64,000 bases of DNA from Deinococcota bacterium (lineage in GTDB: Bacteria; Deinococcota; Deinococci; Deinococcales; Thermaceae): contig JBGFRI010000048.1 in the NCBI GenBank assembly GCA_041695225.1, positions 1 to 64,000 on the forward strand, read 5' to 3'. Below the pieces are notes generated by a model, which was given only the letters and a program-made list of their open reading frames with translations, did no database searches and was not told the origin of the DNA. Both the position numbers and the translations under genes were made by a program. This document shows positions 50,924-59,991 of this stretch, piece after piece. Each line of letters opens with the position of its first letter. Within the stretch, counting starts at the first letter, position 1.

Positions 50924-52381
50924 TTAGTCATCCGCAGCCACCTCGGGCCTGGACTGCTGTTTCCAGCCCAGAAAATCTCTGATGCGCTGTTTGTAAAGCT
51001 CTTTATCGTAAGCTGCAAACAGAGTCTGGTACATGCGCACCGGATCGCCAAAGAAAAACCGCTCATAAAGCACCTGGCGGGCCCCGAACCCGCTAGTGGT
51101 CATATCCCAGGCCAGACGAAAAAGCTGCACCCGCTCCCTGGCAGACAGCGTGGCGGACTGCATAAACTTTTCCAGGTACGGCCCCAGAGGCGAGTCGAAG
51201 TCGGACTCTGACGGCAGGGTGATCAGTCCGGAAGCCGCGATCTGGTGGACAATCTCGTTGATGCGCGGGTAGAGCCGGGGATACAGGTTGCGTGCGCCGT
51301 CTATGGCCCCCCGATCGGGGCAGAGCAGACCGTACTGGTTGGCTTTGGCGTCCATCTCGGCCCTGGCCCAGAAGCCCCTCATGGCCTCGAGGTAAACAAT
51401 TACTTCGGCAATTTTCTCCTGCACATGCGGGAAGGTGTCGGCCCCGATGGTCTCGCCAATCAGCGAAACCAGCCCCAGAAAGGCCTCGGTCTTGGCAGTT
51501 TTGAGCACCACCACCTGGTGGGCCATCTGCATAAGCGCACCGGTTTCGGCATAGGCAGTATTGCAGCGTTGTAAATCGCCCAGGATGAAGATGCGCTCTT
51601 TCGGTACAAACACATCGTCGAAGACCGTGAGACAGTCCATCTCATCTAGGCGGCTTCCCAGTGGGTGATCGTAAGCAGAATCACCAGCAACAAGGCTCTC
51701 ACGGCTGATGAAGTGCAGCCCTGGGGTACTGGTCGGGATGGCGAAGGCCACCGCATATTTGTCGGCCCCTGGCCCTTCCTTGAGCAGTGTGGAGGGGAAG
51801 ACCAGCAGCTCGTCGGCGGTGGGGAGGGTGGACAGCATTCGTGCCCCCCGTACCACAATGCCCGCTCCGTTCTGGCTCACCACGCCCAGCGGGATAAAGG
51901 GGTCGGGCTGCTCGAGGTTTGATTTTGCTCGGTTAACCTGCGGGTTGGTGAGGCAGTGGGTCGTACAGAGGTCGTGCTCGCGCACGTGTTGCACATAGCG
52001 GCGCACGTTTTCGGCGTACTCGCCAAAGAAATCGGCGCTTTGCTCGAAGGCCATCAGCACCGCGTTCAGATAATCCGGACTGCGGCCCATCATGCCCAGA
52101 TTGGCATCGGCCCAGAGCTTATAGGCCGCACTGCGCTTTGTCAGATCTTCTTTGGTTCTGGCAGGCAGCAGGCTCATGGCGTAGCGCTGGCCTTTTTCCT
52201 TGTAGGTGAGGATCTCGCGGTGGCGCGGGTCGTGCTGCATCTCATAAAGCCGCGCCACCGACTGAGTGATGCCCTTAAAGATCGGGTGGGTGGTGGGGTC
52301 CTCGACTTTCTGGCCTTTGTACCAGATATTCGGCGGGCTGGCTCTGAGTGCTTCTAGGTACTGCTTACCGGTGCGTGCCAT
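50924..52381 (-). CDS. hpaB: 4-hydroxyphenylacetate 3-monooxygenase, oxygenase component
   Basis: MGRSPDYLN, NPQVNR, GIVVRGARML, SRLDEMD, RQVLYERFFFGDP. Confidence 0.95.
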   Translation of the reverse strand: MARTGKQYLEALRASPPNIWYKGQKVEDPTTHPIFKGITQSVARLYEMQHDPRHREILTYKEKGQRYAMSLLPARTKEDLTKRSAAYKLWADANLGMMGRSPDYLNAVLMAFEQSADFFGEYAENVRRYVQHVREHDLCTTHCLTNPQVNRAKSNLEQPDPFIPLGVVSQNGAGIVVRGARMLSTLPTADELLVFPSTLLKEGPGADKYAVAFAIPTSTPGLHFISRESLVAGDSAYDHPLGSRLDEMDCLTVFDDVFVPKERIFILGDLQRCNTAYAETGALMQMAHQVVVLKTAKTEAFLGLVSLIGETIGADTFPHVQEKIAEVIVYLEAMRGFWARAEMDAKANQYGLLCPDRGAIDGARNLYPRLYPRINEIVHQIAASGLITLPSESDFDSPLGPYLEKFMQSATLSARERVQLFRLAWDMTTSGFGARQVLYERFFFGDPVRMYQTLFAAYDKELYKQRIRDFLGWKQQSRPEVAADD

Positions 52382-52395
52382 GATTCCTCCTGCTA

Positions 52396-52432
52396 CCCCT
52401 CATCCCCTGCCTTCTCCCACAAGGGGAGAAGG
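52396..52432 (+). repeat. REP hairpin left of the DUF559 gene
   Basis: CCCCTCATCCCCTG-CCTTCTCCC-ACAAG-GGGAGAAGG. Confidence 0.85.
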
Positions 52433-52490
52433 AGCCAAAGACATAGGGTTGTGAACGGGCTGCCGATCTAAAGGGATTTAGACTCAGGAC

Positions 52491-52844
52491 ATGGGATTGA
52501 AAGGCCTTGCACGTGAATTGCGGCAAAATCAAACACCAGAAGAAAGAATGCTGTGGGTTAAGCTGCGAAACCGCAAGTTTGGCTTCAAGTTTCGCCGTCA
52601 GGAAAATTTGAAAAAAGCCATTGCAGACTTTGTCTGCTATGAGCGCAGGGTTTGGATTGAGCTGGACGGAAGCCAGCACTTGAATAGCGAAACGGACAAG
52701 ACTCGAGACCAATTTTTCAGCGAGCAAGGCTGGCTGGTGCTGCGCTTCTGGAACTCCGAGCTTCAGGAAAACCTGGAAGGTGTTTTGGAAACCATCTATG
52801 AAGCTTGTAACTCGAGACCACCCCAGCGAGCCCCCAAAATGTAA
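52491..52844 (+). CDS. DUF559 (Vsr-like) endonuclease domain protein
   Basis: ARELRQNQTPEERMLW, KFRRQ, IADFVC, IELDGSQH, RD, GWLVLRFWN. Confidence 0.92.
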   Translation: MGLKGLARELRQNQTPEERMLWVKLRNRKFGFKFRRQENLKKAIADFVCYERRVWIELDGSQHLNSETDKTRDQFFSEQGWLVLRFWNSELQENLEGVLETIYEACNSRPPQRAPKM

Positions 52845-52864
52845 TCTTTCCCAACCGCCCAGTT

Positions 52865-52982
52865 CCTTCTCCCCCGGTGGGAGAAGGTTAGGATGAGGGG
52901 TCGGGTTCGCAGAACTCGTGCAGTAGGGGGCACCCGCTTCGCTCACACCCTCACCCCAGCCCTCTCCCATCAAGGGAGAGGG
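52865..52982. repeat. Two REP hairpins in inverted orientation right of the DUF559 gene
   Basis: CCTTCTCCCCCGGTGGGAGAAGGTTAGGATGAGGGG (52865-900) and CCCTCACCCCAGCCCTCTCCCATCAAGGGAGAGGG (52948-982). Confidence 0.88.
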
Positions 52983-53012
52983 AGCTATTACAACCCGACT
53001 CTCCTTCATACC

Positions 53013-54530
53013 TCACTTCCCAAACTGCGGAATGGGGTGCTCGGTCAGTGGCACCGCAATGTGCTTGAGTTCGGTGTAGAACTCCAGGCTATGTTCCCCG
53101 CCCTCGCGGTGGGTTCCGCTAAACTTCATTCCGCCGAAAGGGGTGGGCAGGTGGCGCACGTTGTGGGAATTAATCCAGGTCATGCCGGCTTCCAGGTGCA
53201 GGGCCACACGGTGCGCACGCGATACGTCTTTGGTCCAGACGTACGAAGCCAGCCCGTACTTAGAGTCGTTGGCCTTTTCCAGCGCAGCCGCTTCATCCTT
53301 GAACGAAATCGCCGTCAGGATGGGGCCAAAAATTTCCTCCTGGGCTATCACGTGGTGGTTCTCGGCCACGAACAGGCCAGGCCGCACGTAGTTGCCCTCG
53401 GTTCCAACCTGCTCACCGCCAAAGATGTGACGCGACTCCTGCTTGCCCTTTTCCACGTACTCCAGCACCCGCTTTAGGTGTTCGGGGTGAATCAGCGGCC
53501 CCACTTCGGTCTGGGGGTCGAGCGGGTGGCCCACCTTCACCCTGGCTGCTCTTGTGGCCACCCGGCTAACAAACTCGTCGAAGATGGTCTCCTGAACCAG
53601 GGCGCGGCTGTTGGCGGTGCAGCGCTCACCGTTGAAGCTGTAAATCTGGAAGACGGTGGCATCCACGGCGCGGTCCAGGTCGGCGTCGTCGAAGATGAGT
53701 GCGGGAGACTTGCCCCCCAGCTCGAGGCTCAGCCGTTTGAGCTGGGGCGCTGCGTTGCTGGAGATGATGCTGCCGGTGGTGGTCTCGCCGGTAAAGGCGA
53801 TGAGCGGAACCTTGGGGTGCTTTACCAGCACGTCGCCGGCTTCTTCGCCAAAGCCCTGCACCACGTTGAACACCCCCGGCGGCAGGCCAGCCTCCTGCAT
53901 AATTTCGGCCAGCTTCCAGGCCGTCAGGGGCGCCCACTCGGCGGGTTTGAGCACCACGGTGTTGCCGAAGGCCAGCGCGGGGGCGATGCGCCAGGTGGAG
54001 AGCATCATGGGGGCGTTCCAGGGGGTGATGATGCCGCAAACGCCCACCGGCACGCGCACCGAATAGTTGAGCCAGTCGCCGTCTACCGGGTAGCTGCGCC
54101 CATTCATAGCGCGCTCGGCGTACTCGGCATAAAAGCTGAAGTTTTCTGCTGCTCGGGCCACCTGGGCTCGCACGATCCGCAGGGGCTGCCCAGCGTCCAG
54201 GCATTCCATTACCGCTAGCTCGTCGCCGTGCTTTTCCAGCACCTCGGCGATCTTTAGCAGATACTTCTTGCGTGCCCTGGCATTGAGTCTCCATTTGCCG
54301 AAGGCGAATCTTGCAGCCTTGGCAGCTTTGTCCACGTCTTCGGCATGGCCTTTGTAGGCTTTGGCCAGGAGATGGTTGTTGGAGGGGTCTAAGCTCTCGA
54401 ATAGCTCTTCTCGCTCCCCCGGCACAAACTCACCGGCGATGAAGTGCCTGACTACACTGGCCGCAATCTTCTGCCGCACCTGAGCAATAAACTCAGGGCT
54501 GATGGCCTTGGTTTTCTCGGCAAGTTTCAC
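53013..54530 (-). CDS. hpaE: 5-carboxymethyl-2-hydroxymuconate semialdehyde dehydrogenase
   Basis: ALDH motifs ITPWNAP, FTGETTTG, ELGGKSP, NGERCTA, EEIFGP; AAGGAGG before GTG 54530. Confidence 0.93.
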   Translation of the reverse strand: MKLAEKTKAISPEFIAQVRQKIAASVVRHFIAGEFVPGEREELFESLDPSNNHLLAKAYKGHAEDVDKAAKAARFAFGKWRLNARARKKYLLKIAEVLEKHGDELAVMECLDAGQPLRIVRAQVARAAENFSFYAEYAERAMNGRSYPVDGDWLNYSVRVPVGVCGIITPWNAPMMLSTWRIAPALAFGNTVVLKPAEWAPLTAWKLAEIMQEAGLPPGVFNVVQGFGEEAGDVLVKHPKVPLIAFTGETTTGSIISSNAAPQLKRLSLELGGKSPALIFDDADLDRAVDATVFQIYSFNGERCTANSRALVQETIFDEFVSRVATRAARVKVGHPLDPQTEVGPLIHPEHLKRVLEYVEKGKQESRHIFGGEQVGTEGNYVRPGLFVAENHHVIAQEEIFGPILTAISFKDEAAALEKANDSKYGLASYVWTKDVSRAHRVALHLEAGMTWINSHNVRHLPTPFGGMKFSGTHREGGEHSLEFYTELKHIAVPLTEHPIPQFGK

Positions 54531-54557
54531 GGTCGGACCTCCTTGTACAATAGGGGT

Positions 54558-54782
54558 ATGGTTATGGTGCGGCAAAAAGTTATGGTAAAGAAAGGCGGGC
54601 GGATTGAGCTAAACTCGCCGGAACTGCTGGAGGGCGCAACCGCCGAGGTGATAGTGCTGATAGAAGCTGCAGCTAAGGCGCCCAGCCTAGAGAGCCTGCT
54701 CGGAAAAGCCAGCGGCAACTTTGGCTCCAGGGCCGAAGCCGATGAGCATATCCGTAAGGAGCGCGACACTTGGATATCCTGA
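54558..54782 (+). CDS. Putative antitoxin (74 aa) of the PIN toxin
   Basis: Small ORF overlapping the PIN gene start; GGRIEL..EVIVL N-terminus, IRKERDTW C-terminus; TACAAT 6 nt before ATG. Confidence 0.75.
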   Translation: MVMVRQKVMVKKGGRIELNSPELLEGATAEVIVLIEAAAKAPSLESLLGKASGNFGSRAEADEHIRKERDTWIS

Positions 54783-55210
54783 GCCGGATTGCGGGCCGAA
54801 AGACCTATCTGGATGTTAATGTTTTTATATACGCGCTTGAGGGGTTCCCCGAGGTTAGTCACGCTCTTGCGGCATTGTTCAAGGCGATTGACAGTGCTGC
54901 TATTCAGACTGTCACCAGTGAGCTGGCACTGGCGGAAGCGTTGATAAAGCCGATTCAGAACAAAAATATTCAACATCAAGCCTGTTACGAGATGGCCATT
55001 CGCAGCCGAAGGGGGCTTCAGGTTGTGCCGGTTTTGCGGACGATTTTGCTCGAAGCCGCTCGTTTGCGCGGAACAACTGGACTCAAGCTGCCCGATGCTA
55101 TTCATCTGGCAACAGCCCTTAGCAGCGGTTACGAGGTGTTCCTGACCAACGACCACCGAATTAAGCACACCGGTCTTGAGACGCTGCTCTTGCAGGACTT
55201 TGCGAGGTGA
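54770..55210 (+). CDS. vapC: PIN-domain (VapC) toxin
   Basis: YLDVNVFIY, SELALAE, LKLPDAIHLATA, FLTND. Confidence 0.9.
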   Translation: MDILSRIAGRKTYLDVNVFIYALEGFPEVSHALAALFKAIDSAAIQTVTSELALAEALIKPIQNKNIQHQACYEMAIRSRRGLQVVPVLRTILLEAARLRGTTGLKLPDAIHLATALSSGYEVFLTNDHRIKHTGLETLLLQDFAR

Positions 55211-55212
55211 AA

Positions 55213-56007
55213 TCATAGCACCAGCGACCTGTCGCCTTCCTCGCCGATCAGCGGCTCGGCTTTGTCGGTCTCCCACTCGATAGCGTTTTCCAGCGCACCC
55301 AGCCCCTCGATCTCCATCCGCATTACATCTCCCGGCTGCACCTGCGAGATGCCCCTGGGCGTTCCGGTCAGGATTACGTCGTTTTGCTCTAAGGTCATGA
55401 AGCGGCTAATGAACTCGAGTACTTCGGGAATCGAGAAAATCATGCCCTGGGTGGTGGCCTCCTGGCGCAGCTGGTTGTTCACATAGGCCCGCATCGTCGC
55501 ATTGTGGGGGTCGGGGATTTCGTCGGCAGTCACATAGTACGGCCCCAGCGGCCCGAAGGTGTCCCAGCCTTTGCCCCGGATGGGCGGGCGGAAGAGGTTG
55601 GTCACGTAGTCGCGCACCACCAGGTCGTTGGCGATGGTGTAGCCACCCACGTAGTCCATGGCATCTTTGGCCTTGATCCGACGCATGTTTCGTCCCAGAA
55701 TGACCGCCAGTTCGCACTCGAAGTGCATAAACTTTGCCCCCTGTGGGTAGATCACCGTGCCCTTGTGGGGCAGCAGGGTAGTGTTCGGCTTCCAGAACAG
55801 GGCTGGTTCGGCAGGGCGCTTCAGGCCGAACTCGTCGGCGTGCTCGGCAAAGTTCAGGGCTAGCGCGATCACCTTGCCAGGCTCTACCGGCAGCTGCCAC
55901 TGCACCTGGTCGGGGTGGTGGGCCTCACCGGCATGGTCAACCAGCATCCCGTCTTGCAGATGCCCCTGCAACGGACGGCCTTTGGATATGAAGCGGGCGA
56001 GTTTCAT
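55213..56007 (-). CDS. hpaG: Fumarylacetoacetate-hydrolase family isomerase/decarboxylase (HpaG/HpcE-like)
   Basis: ALNFAEH, HFECELAV, GYTIAND, KGWDTFGPLGP, LTGTP. Confidence 0.85.
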   Translation of the reverse strand: MKLARFISKGRPLQGHLQDGMLVDHAGEAHHPDQVQWQLPVEPGKVIALALNFAEHADEFGLKRPAEPALFWKPNTTLLPHKGTVIYPQGAKFMHFECELAVILGRNMRRIKAKDAMDYVGGYTIANDLVVRDYVTNLFRPPIRGKGWDTFGPLGPYYVTADEIPDPHNATMRAYVNNQLRQEATTQGMIFSIPEVLEFISRFMTLEQNDVILTGTPRGISQVQPGDVMRMEIEGLGALENAIEWETDKAEPLIGEEGDRSLVL

Positions 56008-56017
56008 CAAACACCGC

Positions 56018-56082
56018 CGATGGTCAATGGTCTATGGTCAATAGTCGAGTCGGCCATAGACCATCGGCCATAGGCTATGGAC
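56018..56082. repeat. Inverted heptamer arrays between hpaI and hpaG
   Basis: gatggtcaatggtctatggtcaatagtc ... ggccatagaccatcggccataggctatggac. Confidence 0.75.
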
Positions 56083-56085
56083 AAC

Positions 56086-57027
56086 TTATACATACTGTTT
56101 CCCCGTCGGGTCTGGCAGAACTTCGCGGCCTTTGGGTTCTGGCGAAATCAGGCCGTAGGACTCGGCCATGCGGCGCAGGCGGGCCTCGATCTCGGGGGTG
56201 GTGGGGCCCAGGGGCTCGCGCCACTCCTTTTGGCACAGGCCCATCCAGGAGAGCACAGTTTTGAGCGGGATGGGGTTGGTGTCCCAGAAGACGGCGTCGT
56301 TGGCCTGAAGCCCATGATAGTGCAGCTCCAGGGCTTCTTTGTACCGGCCTTCCAGCGTGAGTTGACACATCTGAGCGGTCTCGCGGGGCAGCCAGTTGGC
56401 GGTAGCGGCGATGGTTCCGACCGCACCCACACACATCATGGGAAAGGTCAGGGCCTCGAGGCCGCAGTAAACAGAAAAATCCCGGCCCACCTTCCGCAAG
56501 AGCTCCGAGACGTACTCGACATCCTTGGAGGAGTGCTTGATGCCGACGATATTTTTGAAGTCGCGGCGCAGTCTGGCCACGGTCTCGACCTTGATCTCGA
56601 TACTCGAGCGCCCCGGAATGTTGTACAAAATCACCGGCATCTCGGGCACAGCCTGGGCGGTCTGACCAAAGAAACGGTAGAGCCCCTCCTGGTTGGGCTT
56701 GAGGTAGTAAGGGGTGATAACCAGGGCACCCTGGGCCCCCATTTTGTGGGCAGCCATGGTGATTTCCAGGGTCTCGTCCAGCCGCAGGGTTCCGGTGCCG
56801 GCCAGTAGCGGAAGGCGGCCCCGGATGATGCGCAGCGCCAGCTCGATCAGGTATTTTCGTTCCTCTACGCTCAGGGTGCCGGGCTCTCCGGTGGTTCCGC
56901 CCACGCTCAGGGCGTGTGAGCCGGCCTCAATCTGCTGCTCAATGAGCTGTTCCATGGCGGCCTGGTCAATTGCGCCGTTCTTGAACGGGGTAACCAGGGG
57001 TACGATGCTGCCTTTGAACTCAAACAT
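56086..57027 (-). CDS. hpaI: 2,4-dihydroxyhept-2-enedioate aldolase, DapA-like class I
   Basis: GGTTGE, PYY, LYNIPGR, GIKHS; first gene of the hpa operon. Confidence 0.85.
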   Translation of the reverse strand: MFEFKGSIVPLVTPFKNGAIDQAAMEQLIEQQIEAGSHALSVGGTTGEPGTLSVEERKYLIELALRIIRGRLPLLAGTGTLRLDETLEITMAAHKMGAQGALVITPYYLKPNQEGLYRFFGQTAQAVPEMPVILYNIPGRSSIEIKVETVARLRRDFKNIVGIKHSSKDVEYVSELLRKVGRDFSVYCGLEALTFPMMCVGAVGTIAATANWLPRETAQMCQLTLEGRYKEALELHYHGLQANDAVFWDTNPIPLKTVLSWMGLCQKEWREPLGPTTPEIEARLRRMAESYGLISPEPKGREVLPDPTGKQYV

Positions 57028-57081
57028 TGTGCTCCTTTGCCAGTGTGTGACCCAGGCTGCTTACAGACTCAGTAGAGATAG

Positions 57082-57093
57082 TTAAGATGTTAA
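57082..57093. promoter_or_regulatory. Candidate HpaR operator
   Basis: TTAA-GATG-TTAA palindrome in the divergent hpaI/hpaR spacer. Confidence 0.45.
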
Positions 57094-57150
57094 GCAACCG
57101 CTTAGTTTAGTTTGAATGCCTAAGTACAATTGTCCCTGCAAGGAGTTCCA

Positions 57151-57624
57151 ATGCCCACTACCCTGCCCCATGAACCTGCCTGCCTGCTCTTGCGCGACCT
57201 GACCCACTCCTTGCCCATGGTCCTGTTACGCACACGGGAAAGAGTGGTGCAGCGCTTTAGAGCGGTGCTTTCCAGGCACGGCCTTACCGAACAGCAGTGG
57301 CGTATCTTGCGTGCACTAGACGGCCGGGATGGGATGGAGATCTCGCTTCTGGCCGCTCAGTGCCAGATTCTCGTGCCCAGTATGAGCGTCATTTTGCAGC
57401 GAATGGAAAGCCGGGGACTGATTAAGCGCAACGCCAACCCCGCCGACGGTCGCCGCATTCTGATTGCCCCGACAGGTCAAGCAACAGCTCTGGTCGAGCA
57501 GATCAAGCCCGAGATCTTAGAAGTCTACCGGGAAATAGAGCGGATTCTGGGCAAGCGAAAACTCGAGCAGCTCTATGCCTTGTTAGAAGAGCTCGAGGAG
57601 GGGCTGGGAGTTGCCAGGGAATGA
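57151..57624 (+). CDS. hpaR: MarR-family homoprotocatechuate operon repressor
   Basis: SLPMVLLRTRE, GLTEQQWRILRAL, DGRR; divergent from the hpa operon. Confidence 0.9.
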   Translation: MPTTLPHEPACLLLRDLTHSLPMVLLRTRERVVQRFRAVLSRHGLTEQQWRILRALDGRDGMEISLLAAQCQILVPSMSVILQRMESRGLIKRNANPADGRRILIAPTGQATALVEQIKPEILEVYREIERILGKRKLEQLYALLEELEEGLGVARE

Positions 57625-57770
57625 GCTAGACGAGTCAAATAGCGGCCTCTGGGCCTGATAACTGTGCGGGTAATCTTGTTGTGACTCAACCATACTTTTT
57701 CAAATCCCAGTCTGCCCTGGCGTGAACCTGGATGATACCTGGTCACGGAATTTCGGCTATCATCTAAACT

Positions 57771-57816
57771 ATAGACTGGGTGATGGAGCGGCCGAGGATG
57801 AGGGTGATTAATCTAT
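57771..57816 (+). mobile_element. 42-bp AT element abutting the Uma2 start codon
   Basis: AT-AGACTGGGTGATGGAGCGGCCGAGGATGAGGGTGATTAATCT-AT(G). Confidence 0.8.
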
Positions 57817-58357
57817 GACCACTGCGGTGAAGAAAATTAGCGCCGAGGAGTTTTTGCGCCTTGGATTGCAGAATGCCGAGTTAATAGACGGGGAGATTGA
57901 AGAGTATATGGCTGCTGGAGGACTACACGGAGAGATTACAGTTAATATCGCTTCCATACTGCGCGACTGGGCCATAACACAAAAGACCGGCAAAGTAGGC
58001 GTTGAGTCGGGTTTTCTGATCAAACGAGACCCCGACCGTGTTAGGGTTCCCGATGTGTGGTTTATTCGACAGGAACGCATCGAAGGAGGCCAAAGCCCAA
58101 CAGGTTTCTGGAACACTGCCCCTGATCTGGCGGTAGAGGTCCTGTCAGATAGCGACACCGTGCGGACTATCCATGGCAAAATGCGGGACTACTTTGGTAT
58201 AGGCATCCCCCTGGTCTGGCTGGTGTATCCAGAGGATCAGGTGGTGGAGGTCTGTACTCCAGATGGCAGACGTCAGATGCTGCAGCGGTCAGATCGCCTC
58301 GAGGGCTTTGCCCAGCTGCCAGGGTTTAGCTGTGCTGTAGGCGATCTGTTCAGTTGA
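57815..58357 (+). CDS. Uma2 (DUF820) family putative endonuclease
   Basis: ELIDGEI, RVPDVWF, APDLAVEVLS, YFGIGIPLVWLV, LPGFS. Confidence 0.92.
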   Translation: MTTAVKKISAEEFLRLGLQNAELIDGEIEEYMAAGGLHGEITVNIASILRDWAITQKTGKVGVESGFLIKRDPDRVRVPDVWFIRQERIEGGQSPTGFWNTAPDLAVEVLSDSDTVRTIHGKMRDYFGIGIPLVWLVYPEDQVVEVCTPDGRRQMLQRSDRLEGFAQLPGFSCAVGDLFS

Positions 58358-58434
58358 GACCGTTTCATATCCGGAGAAAGCGTTGCCCGATCAGCTAGTG
58401 GTGGCAGGAACAGCCTCAAAGATGCTCTGCTGGT

Positions 58435-59007
58435 TCACCTGGTCTCAGTATCCAGCTGAAGCGCTTCGATCAAGGGTAGTTGCTGTGGTTGAAACTCTTC
58501 TCGCAGCATGCCGTAAAGGTACAGGTCTTCCCTGATGCCCAGGCGGGTCTCATGCTGGCGCAGAACACCCTCCTGTACAAATCCCAGTTTTTCGACCAGG
58601 TTGCGCATGCGAATGTTAGAGCCGTGGACTTCGGCGGTGATGCGCCACAAGCCTAGCTCCTCAAAGCCGTGACGGAGTATCTTCAGACCGGCGGCATAGC
58701 CTACTCCCTGACCACGGTAGGCCTCTTCACCGATAGCAATCCGCAGCCGGGCTCGCTGTTCTAGTGGGTTGAGTTCGCGTAAGTCTACAAACCCGACCAG
58801 CTGCTCGGACAGCAGAATTCCCTTGCGCACCAGGTCAACCGGCGGATTGTTAAGATAACGCACAAACCAGTCTTGCAGCTGCTCCGCAGGCAGTCCTACC
58901 GGCCAGCTGTTGGCCAGACAGAAGGCTTCGTCGCGGCTCCACTCTAGGATGCGGGACAGATCGCCGATTACCAGCGGGCGCAGATGCACATCTAACACAG
59001 CTTTCAC
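58435..59007 (-). CDS. GNAT acetyltransferase, RimJ/RimL family
   Basis: LRPL, YRGQGVG, FEELGLWRI, EKLGFVQEGVLR, YGML; start approximate. Confidence 0.87.
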   Translation of the reverse strand: MKAVLDVHLRPLVIGDLSRILEWSRDEAFCLANSWPVGLPAEQLQDWFVRYLNNPPVDLVRKGILLSEQLVGFVDLRELNPLEQRARLRIAIGEEAYRGQGVGYAAGLKILRHGFEELGLWRITAEVHGSNIRMRNLVEKLGFVQEGVLRQHETRLGIREDLYLYGMLREEFQPQQLPLIEALQLDTETR

Positions 59008-59403
59008 TTTACTGCCTTGTGCCAACTTCAAAAAGATAGTATCTATCAGCGTAACGGAGTCATCGCTGCGCCTGACTCGAGCCTTTTTCTGAGCCCGTCG
59101 AAGGTTGTCGCAGGGCTTATGATCTAGTTGCCAAGGCACTTGAATTGAGCTTGTCTATACAAGAGGCCAAAGACCTTGAAACAGCTCAGGAAATCTCTAC
59201 CTACAGGGCTATTTCCGAGTCACCTCCCCTTCTGCCGGCCTTCCTGGATCGTCCTGAGCATATTCGAGCCCGCCCTGAACCTTGCCGTAAGCCTGTCACA
59301 GGCTCACCATGCCTTCATGAGCGATGATTGTCTTTGGCCCCGGTCACTGAAGCCAAGGCTGAAATCACTGCGGCGGTAAAAAACCGAAGGAGGACCGGAA
59401 AGC

Positions 59404-59841
59404 TTAATTCTGCGCTTCGCGCACCTGGCGCTTTATCCGGGCCAGCACTGCCTGCAGACCGCGAAGCCGCAAGGGGGTGATGATTTCCTCGAGCTTGGCC
59501 AGGGTGTAAAAATCTTCCGGCACCCGCAGCACCGCCTCGGGGCTTTCGCCATCCAGTCCTTCGGCTAGCAGGCCAGCGAAAGCCCTTACCGTAGGGGCTT
59601 CTTTGGGTGCATCAAAGAAGAGGTGAACCCTGGCGTCCCTTAGTTCGGCATGCACAAAAAACGGGGTAGTACACTCGTGGACTTGCTCGAGTCGGCCCTG
59701 CATTCCCTCGGGTAGCGGGGGCATCTTGCGGGCGAAATCTAGTAACATCTCGGTTTTAATTACCTTAGGAACACTCCCGAGCATCTTGACAACGTTCTGC
59801 AGCCGGGGAGGCAGTTGGGTGAGGCGTTCTTCAGTGGTCAT
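59404..59841 (-). CDS. sufE: SufE family sulfur acceptor
   Basis: QVHECTTPFF, EAPTVRAFAGLL, TPLRLRG. Confidence 0.88.
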   Translation of the reverse strand: MTTEERLTQLPPRLQNVVKMLGSVPKVIKTEMLLDFARKMPPLPEGMQGRLEQVHECTTPFFVHAELRDARVHLFFDAPKEAPTVRAFAGLLAEGLDGESPEAVLRVPEDFYTLAKLEEIITPLRLRGLQAVLARIKRQVREAQN

Positions 59842-59991
59842 AGACAACAGGCTAAGGGGTAGTGCAACAGTGAACTAGGAGTCAGCTAACCGATAGACCT
59901 TAGATGTGAGAGGCCCGGACCGTCAGCGGCGTCAGTTTGGAACAGGACCGGCAACTCAGTGCACACGGCGGATACGCTTAAGCAGGAGGCT

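Noticed and set aside
52365..53009. 214-aa minus-strand ORF between hpaE and hpaB
   Set aside because: Antisense to the DUF559 gene; its PSPLMGEGWGEG and PHPNLLP segments are translations of REP hairpins.
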